IMG/VR virus record: IMGVR_UViG_3300044644_001556 | Source of the DNA: a virus | DNA length: 64,000 nucleotides | Direction: 5' to 3' (one strand) | Shown: piece after piece, positions 1 through 9,758 of the stretch | Position numbering within the stretch: the stretch's first letter is position 1 | Layout of the letters: the number at the start of each line of letters is the position of its first letter | Made by a program: the position numbers and the translations under genes | The notes under the pieces: model-generated | What the model saw: the letters and a program-made list of their open reading frames with translations, nothing else | Told to the model about the DNA's origin: nothing | Databases searched by the model: none

Positions 1-538
1 TTATTTCAAATGGGATTACATTTATACTATCAATTACGTGGGGTTGATTATTATTATAATCATCTAAATAACCGACAAAAATAATTTTTAATCCGAAAGT
101 TAAACTTTCAATTGCCATTGATATATCAGCGCCGTCACTAAGTCCGGCAGATGATTGTGCAGCTATTAATAATATAGCTGGGAAATCCATAGTAAACGGT
201 TCTAAAATGGACATATTTAGAAGCGTCATAACTTCTAAACTAAAACCTAAGCTTTTCTCGGGTGTATTTTGAAATACGTGAGAAATCTCCAAATCCACAA
301 TACTAAAATCGGCATCTTGCATTGAATTGTAAATAACCGAATATTTGTTCCCGGCTGATGTTGTTTTTGCAGTATATCTATCTGCTGCATTATCTGGGTG
401 TGAATATCTACTTAAATCAGATTTATCTTCTGTATTATCGATATCAGCGAATGTGGTTTCAACTGATGGGCCGGCTAATAAAATAAAATGATATGAGTAG
501 CTTCTATATTTGTGGAGTGGATTTGGTGTAGCTGACAT
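1..538 (-). CDS. Probable baseplate hub/tail structural protein, 5' part (runs off the window edge)
   Basis: Not in ORF track. ATG at 538-536 overlaps the upstream TAA. Translates MSATPNPLHKYRSYSYHFILLAG..., an NPL-x2-Y-x-SY-x-YH start typical of jumbo-phage baseplate proteins. Confidence 0.55.
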   Translation of the reverse strand, partial: MSATPNPLHKYRSYSYHFILLAGPSVETTFADIDNTEDKSDLSRYSHPDNAADRYTAKTTSAGNKYSVIYNSMQDADFSIVDLEISHVFQNTPEKSLGFSLEVMTLLNMSILEPFTMDFPAILLIAAQSSAGLSDGADISMAIESLTFGLKIIFVGYLDDYNNNQPHVIDSINVIPFEI

Positions 539-822
539 TAAATTAATCCCATATGAAATCGTTTGATTGTTGGTAATTGAATTTGCAATCCTTCTACTAA
601 TTCATTAACCTCTAATATATTATTATATTGCATAACGAACCAAGCGACGTCACTTCTACCGAAATAATCGAAAGCGATCATATGGGGTTTTTTACTGTAT
701 TTTTTATCAATAGTAATAGTTATGTCATCATATGACTTAGTAAAGATTTGTCTATTCCACCAACCGGGTTTTTTTAGATCGTCTACCGACCCACCTATTT
801 TATATCTACTATATTGATTCAT
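538..822 (-). CDS. Baseplate wedge protein, T4 gp53-like (LysM-like)
   Basis: SRY at N-terminus; P-x-x-IA-x-DYFG-x4-WFVMQYNNI...L-x-EG-x-QI-x-LP pattern. Confidence 0.7.
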   Translation of the reverse strand: MNQYSRYKIGGSVDDLKKPGWWNRQIFTKSYDDITITIDKKYSKKPHMIAFDYFGRSDVAWFVMQYNNILEVNELVEGLQIQLPTIKRFHMGLI

Positions 823-824
823 AA

Positions 825-1436
825 TTAAAATGATGGTAAAATGCCTTGTTTAAAAGAATATAAGTTAAACTTTTCAAATTCAACTGCGGAATGTTGTTCT
901 AATAATGAAACTGTAACTGTTGTTATTATAGGAAATGGAACGCCACCTAATTGATCATCATTCGATTCGGCTAATGTTGGGATATAATCGACGTCATTAG
1001 GATATGACATACTAAAGTTTTCTAAGACTACCGGTATTTTTACCATATGGCCTCTATTTGTTTCTGAAGCATATGCGGAAAATAATAAAACTTCTGGTGG
1101 TGCACCTAACCAATTTTTTAACTGGTCGCCCATTGGGCCGCTAGTATCACCAAAATAAGCTTTAGTCCAAGCTCTTAGTGTTAATACTTTTTTTAAATTA
1201 CGTCTAGCTTCTAATGCATTTCTAGATACTAATTTAATATCACCAAGATCGAATTTCCGACTAGGTGAATTTTCGTACGGATGATAATTACCAATTAAAT
1301 GAGTTGGATTTAATGTTCCGTAAATTGCTGAATTTTGCTCTGATATTGTAGGCATGGTATTAAAAACGACCAAGTCTTTACTAATAGTTCCTTCTAATCT
1401 TATTTTAAATTTATTATCTAATTCATCCGGGGTCAT
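825..1436 (-). CDS. Baseplate/tail-tube-initiator-like protein
   Basis: GAPPEVLLFSAY, IPVVLENFSMSYPNDVDYI and FPIITTVTVSLLEQHS motifs of contractile-tail tube-like proteins; operon context. Confidence 0.55.
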   Translation of the reverse strand: MTPDELDNKFKIRLEGTISKDLVVFNTMPTISEQNSAIYGTLNPTHLIGNYHPYENSPSRKFDLGDIKLVSRNALEARRNLKKVLTLRAWTKAYFGDTSGPMGDQLKNWLGAPPEVLLFSAYASETNRGHMVKIPVVLENFSMSYPNDVDYIPTLAESNDDQLGGVPFPIITTVTVSLLEQHSAVEFEKFNLYSFKQGILPSF

Positions 1437-1466
1437 TGATTTGCCTAAATTAATACATATAAAGTA

Positions 1467-1495
1467 TTGATTATTTATGTTAAATCCGGTATAAT
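1467..1495 (+). promoter_or_regulatory. Sigma70-type promoter for the gp55-gp47-gp46 operon
   Basis: TTGATT-N17-TATAAT. Confidence 0.7.
1472..1479 (-). promoter_or_regulatory. T4-like late promoter (CATAAATA) for the baseplate operon
   Basis: The same HATAAATA motif precedes other structural operons (30989-30996, 50665-50672, 59163-59170). Confidence 0.55.
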
Positions 1496-1528
1496 CATTA
1501 AAATTTACGTTAATTCACGGAGTGAAAG

Positions 1529-2008
1529 ATGTCGAAAAAAAGAATACCAAGAAACTACTTAAGTAACGCCAATTTATTGGAGCAGTTGGCTTTAAGTAGA
1601 CAAAAGGGTGAAATGACCCACGAATTTTCAAAAATGATTATGTTATTATGTGAGCGGTATTCTAAAAAAAGCAACTTCGCACGGTACACATTTATTGCTG
1701 ATATGCAAAGTTATGCTATATTAAATATTGTAAAAAATTGGAGATCATTTGATGAAGCTAGATTTGATAACCCATTTGCGTATTATACTCAAAATATACA
1801 CTACTCATTTGTTCAATACCTTAATATGGAGAAGAAACATAGAAATATACGAGATAAACTTTTAGTGAATAATGGATTAGATCCATCACATTCATTTTCT
1901 GCTGAATATGCTGAAAACGAAAACGTAGCATCAAACCCAGCATTATTATTTAATCCAGCCGAAATTATGTTCCAAGAACCCACTCCAGAAACCGACGATG
2001 ACGAGTAA
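1529..2008 (+). CDS. Late-transcription sigma factor, T4 gp55-like
   Basis: NYLSN, NFARYTFIADM and FD...NPFAYYTQ...F...EKK motifs; acidic tail; sits before gp47/gp46 as in T4. Confidence 0.9.
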   Translation: MSKKRIPRNYLSNANLLEQLALSRQKGEMTHEFSKMIMLLCERYSKKSNFARYTFIADMQSYAILNIVKNWRSFDEARFDNPFAYYTQNIHYSFVQYLNMEKKHRNIRDKLLVNNGLDPSHSFSAEYAENENVASNPALLFNPAEIMFQEPTPETDDDE

Positions 2009-2020
2009 GTCAAAAACGAC

Positions 2021-3052
2021 ATGAAAACATTAAACAAATCATTAATGTTTACCGATATTCATTTTGGTAAAAAAAATAACTCAGATCAACATAATTTACA
2101 TTGTATTCAATTTATTGAATTTGTTTGTAATCATATTAAACAAAATCAAGATATTGATCATGTTATATTTTTAGGAGATTGGCATGAAAATAGATCGGCT
2201 ATTAATGTATCTACTTTATATTATAGTTATAACGGCGCTAGTTTATTAAACGATTTAAATATTCCAATTTATTTTATTATTGGAAATCATGACCTTTATA
2301 CTAAACATAGTAGAGAAGTTCATTCATGCCATTGGTTTGATGAATTAACTAATTTTATAGTAATCGATCATCCTACTGTAGTTGAAAATATAGGTAATGG
2401 GGCTTTATTAAGTCCGTTCTTATTTCATTATGAATATCCAACATTAAATGATTATAATGTTAAAAATGTCTATGGGCATTTTGAATTTTCCGGCTTTGTT
2501 GTAACTGGGGCGAGTACTAAATTCCAAGGCGGACCTGATCATACGGATTATAGTAAATTTAAACGCGTATTTTCAGGTCACTTTCATAAAAGACAAATAA
2601 CTGATAATGTCATTTATATTGGAAATACATTTCCGATGGATTTTAGTGACGCTAATGATTTTGATCGAGGATTTGCAATTCACGATCATATTAATGATGA
2701 TGTTAGTTTTATTAATTGGCCTGATTGTCCGAAATATATTAGTACCAATCTATCTACTATTATTGATAATCAAATAGAAATACCGGATGGTGCAAATATT
2801 AAATGTATAGCTGATATTACTATGGATTATAGTAAAATGATAGAATTTAAACGAACTATCATGGAAGTTTATAATTTAGCTGATATTGCTATAGAAGAAC
2901 CACCAACTCAATTTTTTGCGGACGGAATTGAAGAAATTGAAGATACAAAAGTTATTTCAATAAATGATGCTATTGTTGATATGTTAAGTAAAAACATCGA
3001 ATCGAACGGCATCGATAATAATCAATTAATCCAAATTTATATACAATTATGA
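2021..3052 (+). CDS. Recombination endonuclease, gp47/Mre11/SbcD-like
   Basis: DIHFG, FLGDW, GNHD, GHFE and SGHFH metallophosphoesterase motifs. Confidence 0.92.
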   Translation: MKTLNKSLMFTDIHFGKKNNSDQHNLHCIQFIEFVCNHIKQNQDIDHVIFLGDWHENRSAINVSTLYYSYNGASLLNDLNIPIYFIIGNHDLYTKHSREVHSCHWFDELTNFIVIDHPTVVENIGNGALLSPFLFHYEYPTLNDYNVKNVYGHFEFSGFVVTGASTKFQGGPDHTDYSKFKRVFSGHFHKRQITDNVIYIGNTFPMDFSDANDFDRGFAIHDHINDDVSFINWPDCPKYISTNLSTIIDNQIEIPDGANIKCIADITMDYSKMIEFKRTIMEVYNLADIAIEEPPTQFFADGIEEIEDTKVISINDAIVDMLSKNIESNGIDNNQLIQIYIQL

Positions 3053-4818
3053 TTACCTTTTTCGAATTAAATATTAGAAATTTTTTATCCTATGGAAATG
3101 TTCCCACTTCAGTTAATTTAAATCAAGGTGGTGTTGTTTTAATATCGGGAACAAACGGAGTAGGTAAAAGCTCCATTATCGAAGCGTTAATATTTGCATT
3201 ATATAATACAACTATGGCTGAAGGTAATGTTGATGATTTAGTAAATGATATTAATGGCCGAGATATGGAAGTCTCGGTTACTTTTCATAAACCAACTCAA
3301 GGTTATTATAAAGTAACACGAGCAAGAAAAGTTGGTAAATCAGCAAATGGAAATTTCGTTAAACTATATCATAATAAAACCGAATTAGTATTTGAAGATG
3401 ATCATGAAATTTCATTAGATGGTACTAGAACGACTGATCAATTAATAATTACTGTATTAGGTATGACGTACGAAATGTTTTCACGTATGATTGTAGTATC
3501 TGCTACTAATTCACCATTCCTTGATTTGCCCGTAACTGCGACCGGTAAATCATCACAAACTGGATTTATGGAACGGTTATTTGATTTACATATATTAGCA
3601 GAAAAAGCTCAAGTGTTAAAAGATCAAATTAAATTAAATGAAGTTGCAGTTAAACAACATATATCGAAAATTGATCAAATTAGACAAGAACAAAGTAGAT
3701 TAAATCAGCAAATCGAAAATGCAAGAAATAAAGCAGAAAATCATGATTCTACAGTTAAACAAAATATATTTCATTATAATGAACGTTTAGAAAAAATTAG
3801 CTGCATTAATATAGATCAGGAACGGGCATATTATGATCAAGTAAAAACTGCGAAGCTTGAAATTAATGAATTTAAACAACAGCAAATTACATTATCTAAT
3901 AGTTATACTAAACAAAATGCGATTAAAGATCAAAAAGAATCAGAATTAGTGAGCTTAAAAAATAGTAAATGCCCGTATTGCGAACAACATTATCATAACG
4001 AAGAAAAAATTAATGAATGTACTATTAAGATAGATGAATGCAATCAGAATATTTTAGAAATGGTTGATTTTTTAGATGAATTAGATAAATCAATCGAAGA
4101 GAAAATGTTGGAACATGATGATATATTATCTAAAATGTCGGTGAAAGAATTAGAAGCAATTTTAAATATTAAGCACGAAATTGATACTATTAAAACTAAG
4201 ATATCTGATTTAAAAGATAGTAAAAATGTTTATTTAGAACAGTTAACTGAATTAGAGCAAATCGAATTAGATCCGATAGATACTGAAGGTTTAGATAAAT
4301 TAAAGAATCTATCAGCGCATCAAGATTTTCTTTTAAAATTATTAACTAAAAAAGATAGTTTCGTAAGAAAGACTCTATTAAATTCGAATTTAAAATATTT
4401 AAATAGTAGAGTTCAAAAATATCTACAAGATATGGGATTACCATTCTTAGTTGAATTTAATTCTGCTATGGCTGCAGAAATTAAAAAATTAGGTAGAAAA
4501 AGACCATTTGGTAAATTATCCAACGGTCAAAAATCTCGAGTTAATATAGCATTAACTTTAGCATTTAGAGATGTACGACAAAAGATGAGTGCTCCAGTTA
4601 ATGTGTTTATGTGCGATGAATGTTTAGATGTCGGTTTAGATGAAAGTGGTATTTCTGCAGCTATTTCGATTTTAAAGAAAAAAGCATACGAAGATAAAAT
4701 TACAATCTATATTATTACTCATAGAGCGGAAACTAGTAATTTATTTGATCAAGTAATGCATATTACTATGGATAATGATTTTAGTAAAATCGAGTATAAA
4801 AGCAATTTAATTGGCTAA
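3049..4818 (+). CDS. Recombination ATPase, gp46/Rad50/SbcC-like
   Basis: GTNGVGKS Walker A, CPYC zinc hook, LSNGQ signature, FMCDE Walker B, ITH. Confidence 0.93.
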   Translation: MITFFELNIRNFLSYGNVPTSVNLNQGGVVLISGTNGVGKSSIIEALIFALYNTTMAEGNVDDLVNDINGRDMEVSVTFHKPTQGYYKVTRARKVGKSANGNFVKLYHNKTELVFEDDHEISLDGTRTTDQLIITVLGMTYEMFSRMIVVSATNSPFLDLPVTATGKSSQTGFMERLFDLHILAEKAQVLKDQIKLNEVAVKQHISKIDQIRQEQSRLNQQIENARNKAENHDSTVKQNIFHYNERLEKISCINIDQERAYYDQVKTAKLEINEFKQQQITLSNSYTKQNAIKDQKESELVSLKNSKCPYCEQHYHNEEKINECTIKIDECNQNILEMVDFLDELDKSIEEKMLEHDDILSKMSVKELEAILNIKHEIDTIKTKISDLKDSKNVYLEQLTELEQIELDPIDTEGLDKLKNLSAHQDFLLKLLTKKDSFVRKTLLNSNLKYLNSRVQKYLQDMGLPFLVEFNSAMAAEIKKLGRKRPFGKLSNGQKSRVNIALTLAFRDVRQKMSAPVNVFMCDECLDVGLDESGISAAISILKKKAYEDKITIYIITHRAETSNLFDQVMHITMDNDFSKIEYKSNLIG

Positions 4819-4869
4819 TATCCACCGGTCATATATTATATTCTAAATATTAACATTTAGGATATAAGT

Positions 4870-5373
4870 ATGACCGTTTTTATAGGGATAGATCAATCAT
4901 ATACTAGTACTGGGTATTGCGTAATAAAAGATAATGATGTTTTAGATTTTGGTGTTTTTAAAACGTCGATCCATGATGGTGATATTCACGATCGTGCAAA
5001 TAATGTAGTAAATAGTATTACGTCATTATGTAATAATTATAATGATTTTAAATTTTCAATGGAGGGTTTATCCTTCGGTCAACGCGGTAGTGCGACTAGA
5101 GATTTAGCTGGTTTGCAATTTATTATTATCAATCATATACGGTTTCAGTTAAAAGTATTAGACATAAATATAATATCTCCGAAATCGATCAAGAAATTTG
5201 CTACTGGTTCTGGTGGGAGTTCAAAAGTAAAAGTAACTAAAACGATGATGGTGCATTCGTTACCAGAAGAAATAAAAGCATTATTTAAAACGAAATATAA
5301 AACATCTACTGGATTATATGATGTAACTGATGCTTATTATCTGGCGAAGTATAATCAATCGATTTCAAAATAA
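4870..5373 (+). CDS. RuvC-like Holliday junction resolvase
   Basis: FIGIDQSYTSTG, MEG, KKFATG, DVTDAY. Confidence 0.8.
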   Translation: MTVFIGIDQSYTSTGYCVIKDNDVLDFGVFKTSIHDGDIHDRANNVVNSITSLCNNYNDFKFSMEGLSFGQRGSATRDLAGLQFIIINHIRFQLKVLDINIISPKSIKKFATGSGGSSKVKVTKTMMVHSLPEEIKALFKTKYKTSTGLYDVTDAYYLAKYNQSISK

Positions 5374-5390
5374 AACTAACAGGTATACCT

Positions 5391-5720
5391 ATGAATTTAC
5401 ATGAATTATTAAACGGCGGTACTATTAATCATACAACTGCAATGTATAATGATAAACCTAGAAATATGCATCCAGCTTATCCACAATCACAGACTGCAGA
5501 ACCAAATCATCAAACTCAAAATACCAATCATCCGACTGAACAAGAAGATAAAGTAACAATGGATATTCCATTATTCATTCGATTATTGGAATGGGCTAAA
5601 GAAGATTCGGAAACTGATATGGATTTGCATGAAGTAGCTGAGCGTATTACTAAACGTCAATCCGAATGTTTAACTATGGATGATTACGATTCAATTATTA
5701 TTCCGAAATCAAAAGACTAA
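5391..5720 (+). CDS. Hypothetical protein, possibly virion-internal
   Basis: ORF with RBS; MNLHELL leader; DIPLFIRLLEWAKED motif. Confidence 0.6.
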   Translation: MNLHELLNGGTINHTTAMYNDKPRNMHPAYPQSQTAEPNHQTQNTNHPTEQEDKVTMDIPLFIRLLEWAKEDSETDMDLHEVAERITKRQSECLTMDDYDSIIIPKSKD

Positions 5721-6607
5721 TGACTATTTTATATCAATGCAATAAATGCAATAGACAAATCGATTTAATAACTACAGTTCCGGCTATGTATCGATGTGTT
5801 ATTTCTGCTGATTGCAATGGTGAAATGTTCTTTATTAAGTATAATAAAAATATTAGTAGAGGGCAGGAGCCGCCGGCGACTGATTATATTGATTGGATTA
5901 AACAGGATCATATTTTTACCTTTAATCAAGTGAAACCAGTTAAAAATTGGCGAATAAAACATCAGTTAAATAATCATCCCGAAGTTTTAGTTTTTAATTA
6001 TATTGATAATGTTTTAGAACGGGTTTATGATTATGAGTTAACGTATATCGATAATGAATATATCAATATAAAATTTAGACAGCCTAGATCTGGAGCGGCT
6101 CAATTATTATCGTATGATAAATCTATCGATACTTATGATATAGAGACTTCAGATCAGTATTTTAAATGTACAAAAAATAGGTATCTTACAGTCGCTACCC
6201 ATACCCATATAGAGTCACTAAATTATTTACCGCCTATTATGTTAGGTTCTAGATTAATTACTGATTATCCATTAACGACTAATAATCCGTATTTGGCTTG
6301 GGGTAGAACTCATGATAATGTCCCAATTTTTGACGTTACTATATTTGGTAATATTTTTAAGGTAAATACATTTCAAATTGCCTTTTCGAATGAAAAATTG
6401 TATTTTAATAAAGAATTTGTTTTCGAAGAAAAACCAATCTATATTTTATTATCCAATAGTACCGATCCTATTGATAAAATATATGATAGAGTTGTTTTAT
6501 TGAGTGATTTAAATTCAACCAACAATGAAATCAGGAATGGTGAATTATATTGTTCTCCTAGTATAATTCGCGATTGTTATCCGAATGTCTTAGTTAATAA
6601 TCCATAA
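5720..6607 (+). CDS. Hypothetical protein with N-terminal Cys cluster and a virion-type W-x-I-x-H domain
   Basis: CNKC...C...C; FNQ...NWRIKHQLNNHPEVLV. Confidence 0.55.
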   Translation: MTILYQCNKCNRQIDLITTVPAMYRCVISADCNGEMFFIKYNKNISRGQEPPATDYIDWIKQDHIFTFNQVKPVKNWRIKHQLNNHPEVLVFNYIDNVLERVYDYELTYIDNEYINIKFRQPRSGAAQLLSYDKSIDTYDIETSDQYFKCTKNRYLTVATHTHIESLNYLPPIMLGSRLITDYPLTTNNPYLAWGRTHDNVPIFDVTIFGNIFKVNTFQIAFSNEKLYFNKEFVFEEKPIYILLSNSTDPIDKIYDRVVLLSDLNSTNNEIRNGELYCSPSIIRDCYPNVLVNNP

Positions 6608-6612
6608 TCATC

Positions 6613-6641
6613 TTGATTAAATGCGCTCAATATAGTATAAT
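6613..6641 (+). promoter_or_regulatory. Sigma70-type promoter
   Basis: TTGATT-N17-TATAAT; overlaps a G-U-rich hairpin at about 6621-6661. Confidence 0.65.
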
Positions 6642-6751
6642 ATGTATTATATTGGGCGTATCTGCTGTTATTGCGGTCGATATATTATTTGTTATGCAAT
6701 ATGATTAATTCTTAAGAAATCCCGTTTAAACCCCAATTAAGGCATGTAATT

Positions 6752-6892
6752 ATGGATGAAAAAGATCAAAAGAAATATATTGTGTATTTAAAGCAGCTAA
6801 TCGATACTTTAAATAAGCAGTTGAAAAATGAAAAACGAAAAAATCGAGATTTAGAAAACCAAATTAAGTATTACAAATCAAAAATTAAATAG
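6752..6892 (+). CDS. Small basic coiled-coil protein (46 aa)
   Basis: Below ORF-track cutoff; MDEKDQKKYIVYLKQLIDTLNKQL...; fills the gap before the helicase. Confidence 0.55.
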   Translation: MDEKDQKKYIVYLKQLIDTLNKQLKNEKRKNRDLENQIKYYKSKIK

Positions 6893-6900
6893 AGGACTAT

Positions 6901-8220
6901 ATGAATCCGGAAAAACAGAAATTAATTATTGAATATCTGTTATCATCTGCAGACGTATTTACTATTACTAACAATATAATCGAATATAAGTATTTCGATC
7001 CTGAATATCGATATGCGGTTAAGTTTATTAAAAAATATTTTGATCAATTTAGTGCATTACCTGATTTAGATCAAGTATATGCCGAGTCAGATATACAATT
7101 TAAACATCAAGAATTAACAAAAGATAAAATTGAATACTGTATCAATGAAGTTGAATTCTTTTGTCAGATTAAAGCGGCAGAGAAAGCAGTTTTCGAAGCA
7201 TCTGAGATTATCGCTGGTGGTAAAGATATCCATCAAATTAAAAGTATTATTGATAAAGCATCCGAAGTAGCCATTCATAAAACAGTTGGTGTTAGTTTTT
7301 TTGATGATCCGGATATCATGTTAGATCAAATATCATCTCAGCCGGCTATATCATCTGGTTATTCGTTATTAAATGATTATTTAGGTGATGGTTTGAGAAG
7401 AACCGAATTTTTATTATTAGCTGCGAATAGTGGCGGTGGTAAAAGTATGGTTATGGCTAATATTGGATTAAATTTAGTTGAGCAGGGGTATAATGTTTTA
7501 TATGTTAGTTTAGAATTATCGGTTTCGATGATTTATAAACGTTACGTCAGTATGGTAACTGGAATTAATCAACGAGATATTGAAAAAAATAAACAAGAAG
7601 CTGCTATTAAAATTAAAAATGCAGCGTCGTCGAATTCAGGTATGTTGTTTATTGAGCAGATGCCGGTAGGAACAACATCTAATCAATTACGAGCTTTATT
7701 GCGAGAATTTGAATTAAAACGAAAATGTATTCCGGATTGTATTGTTTTAGATTATATAGATTTATTAGGAACTAATGATCGCATATCGGCGGATAATGTT
7801 AATCAAAAAGATAAAGCAGCATCTGAAGAATTTAGACAAATATTAGTTGATTATAATATGATAGGTATTAGCGCATCTCAGCAAAATAGAGGCGGGGTTG
7901 AAGCTAAAGAAGTAAATCATAGTCATATTGCTGGTGGTATTTCAAAAATTCAAACTTGTGATGTTTACATATCAATTATTTTTACTGATATAATGAAACA
8001 ACAGGGGGAGATGGCTTTCTTATTATTAAAAACTAGAAGTTCTGATGGTGTTGGTAAGACGGTTCATTTATCATGGAATGCAAATGCATTAAGAGTAACT
8101 GATCCGAAGATCGGACCGACCGGGGCTCCGGTATCGAAATTTGTTGTGACTAATAATGAATTAAAGAACGCAAAAGAAGCTCAGCGAAATCGATTGCTTG
8201 ATATGTTCGGTAATGAGTAA
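6901..8220 (+). CDS. Replicative DNA helicase, gp41/DnaB-like
   Basis: ANSGGGKS Walker A, YVSLE, IVLDYIDL, SASQQNR, LKTRSS. Confidence 0.92.
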   Translation: MNPEKQKLIIEYLLSSADVFTITNNIIEYKYFDPEYRYAVKFIKKYFDQFSALPDLDQVYAESDIQFKHQELTKDKIEYCINEVEFFCQIKAAEKAVFEASEIIAGGKDIHQIKSIIDKASEVAIHKTVGVSFFDDPDIMLDQISSQPAISSGYSLLNDYLGDGLRRTEFLLLAANSGGGKSMVMANIGLNLVEQGYNVLYVSLELSVSMIYKRYVSMVTGINQRDIEKNKQEAAIKIKNAASSNSGMLFIEQMPVGTTSNQLRALLREFELKRKCIPDCIVLDYIDLLGTNDRISADNVNQKDKAASEEFRQILVDYNMIGISASQQNRGGVEAKEVNHSHIAGGISKIQTCDVYISIIFTDIMKQQGEMAFLLLKTRSSDGVGKTVHLSWNANALRVTDPKIGPTGAPVSKFVVTNNELKNAKEAQRNRLLDMFGNE

Positions 8221-8222
8221 AT

Positions 8223-8250
8223 AAAAAAGGGCCTTATAGGCCCTTTTTTT
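8223..8250. terminator. Bidirectional intrinsic terminator
   Basis: AAAAAAGGGCCT-TAT-AGGCCCTTTTTTT between convergent genes. Confidence 0.85.
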
Positions 8251-9323
8251 TATAATGAAATTAATCCGTAATATTTAGGAGTATCTTCAAATATTTTTAA
8301 ACCGAATCTAGAAAGGAAAGACATTGATGGCTGCATATTAGTTTCATTTAATTTCGCGCCGCCATTCATTAAATATTGGTATGGGGCGAAATAAGCTCCG
8401 CAATCAGAAGTAGTTGATCCTTTATATCCAACTAAAATTTGATTAGTTAAAATTGAGTCGTTAGTATATGCGATAATATTAGTAACGCCGCCTACACTAC
8501 CACAAAAACCATTAACTATATTCGATTCTTTCTTTAAATATTCATCTCGGATATATTCACCATCTTCAGATATAGTAAATGATGGGTGGCCTATAAATCG
8601 AGCGAATAATTCGTGAGAAATTACTGCGAAATTTCCGACACCTCTTTTTGATTTTTTAGCGATATTATTCGCAGTAATCATAATTGCAGTTAAGATTTGA
8701 TCTACTGACGCATCAATAAATTTATAATCCGTTTCTACAACTGTTAGTAATTCGCCGATTAAGTAATTTTCTAATTCTGATATTAATTGTACATTTGCCG
8801 CATTATAAACTTCATTTATTAATGACGGTTGATGCATTGCATTTAAATCTTGTAATAATTCCACGGAAAAACTAGCTTGCATTTTTTTAGATATCGCTTC
8901 GACTGCCATTGATATAAATTCCATCGATAATCGAGTAGCGCCGGAATTACTACTATCATCCGATTCTTTCATTTGTAAATGATATATTAAACCCACTGGG
9001 CCGGACATTGGTTGAGTTCCGAATATATCTAAAATAATCGAAGTATCTATAAATTGCAATATTGCATTATACCCTAGATTTTGTATATCTGGCGAAATAG
9101 TATTATTTTCGGAGCTAGCTAATTCATAATATTTTATTTGATTCGATAATAATTGTTTAGCAATAGTATATTTACTATTGGATGGGTCATATTTTGATAT
9201 CGCATTATTAATAAACGATTCATCGTCATTAATTTTATTATTATCTTCGATTAAATCTAATATTTGTTTTGTTAATTTCGGAGTAATAGTTATATTATAT
9301 AATGCTTTAATGATTTCATCCAT
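8250..9323 (-). CDS. Shortened major capsid protein paralogue, gp23/gp24-like
   Basis: FGTQPMSGPVGLIY, VEAISKKMQASFSVELLQDL, RGVGNF, LVGYKG...AYFAPY, SRFG. Confidence 0.8.
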   Translation of the reverse strand: MDEIIKALYNITITPKLTKQILDLIEDNNKINDDESFINNAISKYDPSNSKYTIAKQLLSNQIKYYELASSENNTISPDIQNLGYNAILQFIDTSIILDIFGTQPMSGPVGLIYHLQMKESDDSSNSGATRLSMEFISMAVEAISKKMQASFSVELLQDLNAMHQPSLINEVYNAANVQLISELENYLIGELLTVVETDYKFIDASVDQILTAIMITANNIAKKSKRGVGNFAVISHELFARFIGHPSFTISEDGEYIRDEYLKKESNIVNGFCGSVGGVTNIIAYTNDSILTNQILVGYKGSTTSDCGAYFAPYQYLMNGGAKLNETNMQPSMSFLSRFGLKIFEDTPKYYGLISL

Positions 9324-9349
9324 TTTGAATGTCCATTTTTAATAAGTAT

Positions 9350-9384
9350 AAAAAAACCGGAAAATATTTTATTATTTTCCGGTT
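9350..9384 (-). terminator. Intrinsic terminator
   Basis: AACCGGAAAATA/TATTTTCCGGTT stem with a T-run on the minus strand. Confidence 0.7.
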
Positions 9385-9406
9385 AGAAGTTTAAATTTAT
9401 AAAAAA

Positions 9407-9664
9407 TTAAACTTCTTCTGATTCTTCAGTAACTGCTTCACCATCTTCAGAACCTTCTTCTTGTTCTGTTAATAACGCACTAACTAAACGATTAATTTCA
9501 TGGAATAACCATTTACTAGCTGAACTAGAATGAATTAAGTCTTGTTCTGCAGCTTGCGCACGAACTACCGCTTCATCATAAGCCGCCACAATACGCTGAA
9601 TATTTTCTGGTAAAGATGCTACTTCTAAATTTTGCTCGCCAATTGTTAATGTGGTTGTTGCCAT
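9407..9664 (-). CDS. Small acidic phage protein
   Basis: GGAG RBS; helical core with acidic tail. Confidence 0.7.
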   Translation of the reverse strand: MATTTLTIGEQNLEVASLPENIQRIVAAYDEAVVRAQAAEQDLIHSSSASKWLFHEINRLVSALLTEQEEGSEDGEAVTEESEEV

Positions 9665-9758
9665 CGTGATCTCCGATATAAATTGAAATAAAAATAAGAG
9701 GTATTTTAGCCTCGAATATCTAATTATATGTTGGTTTTTATAAAAGTCCAGCTTTTTT

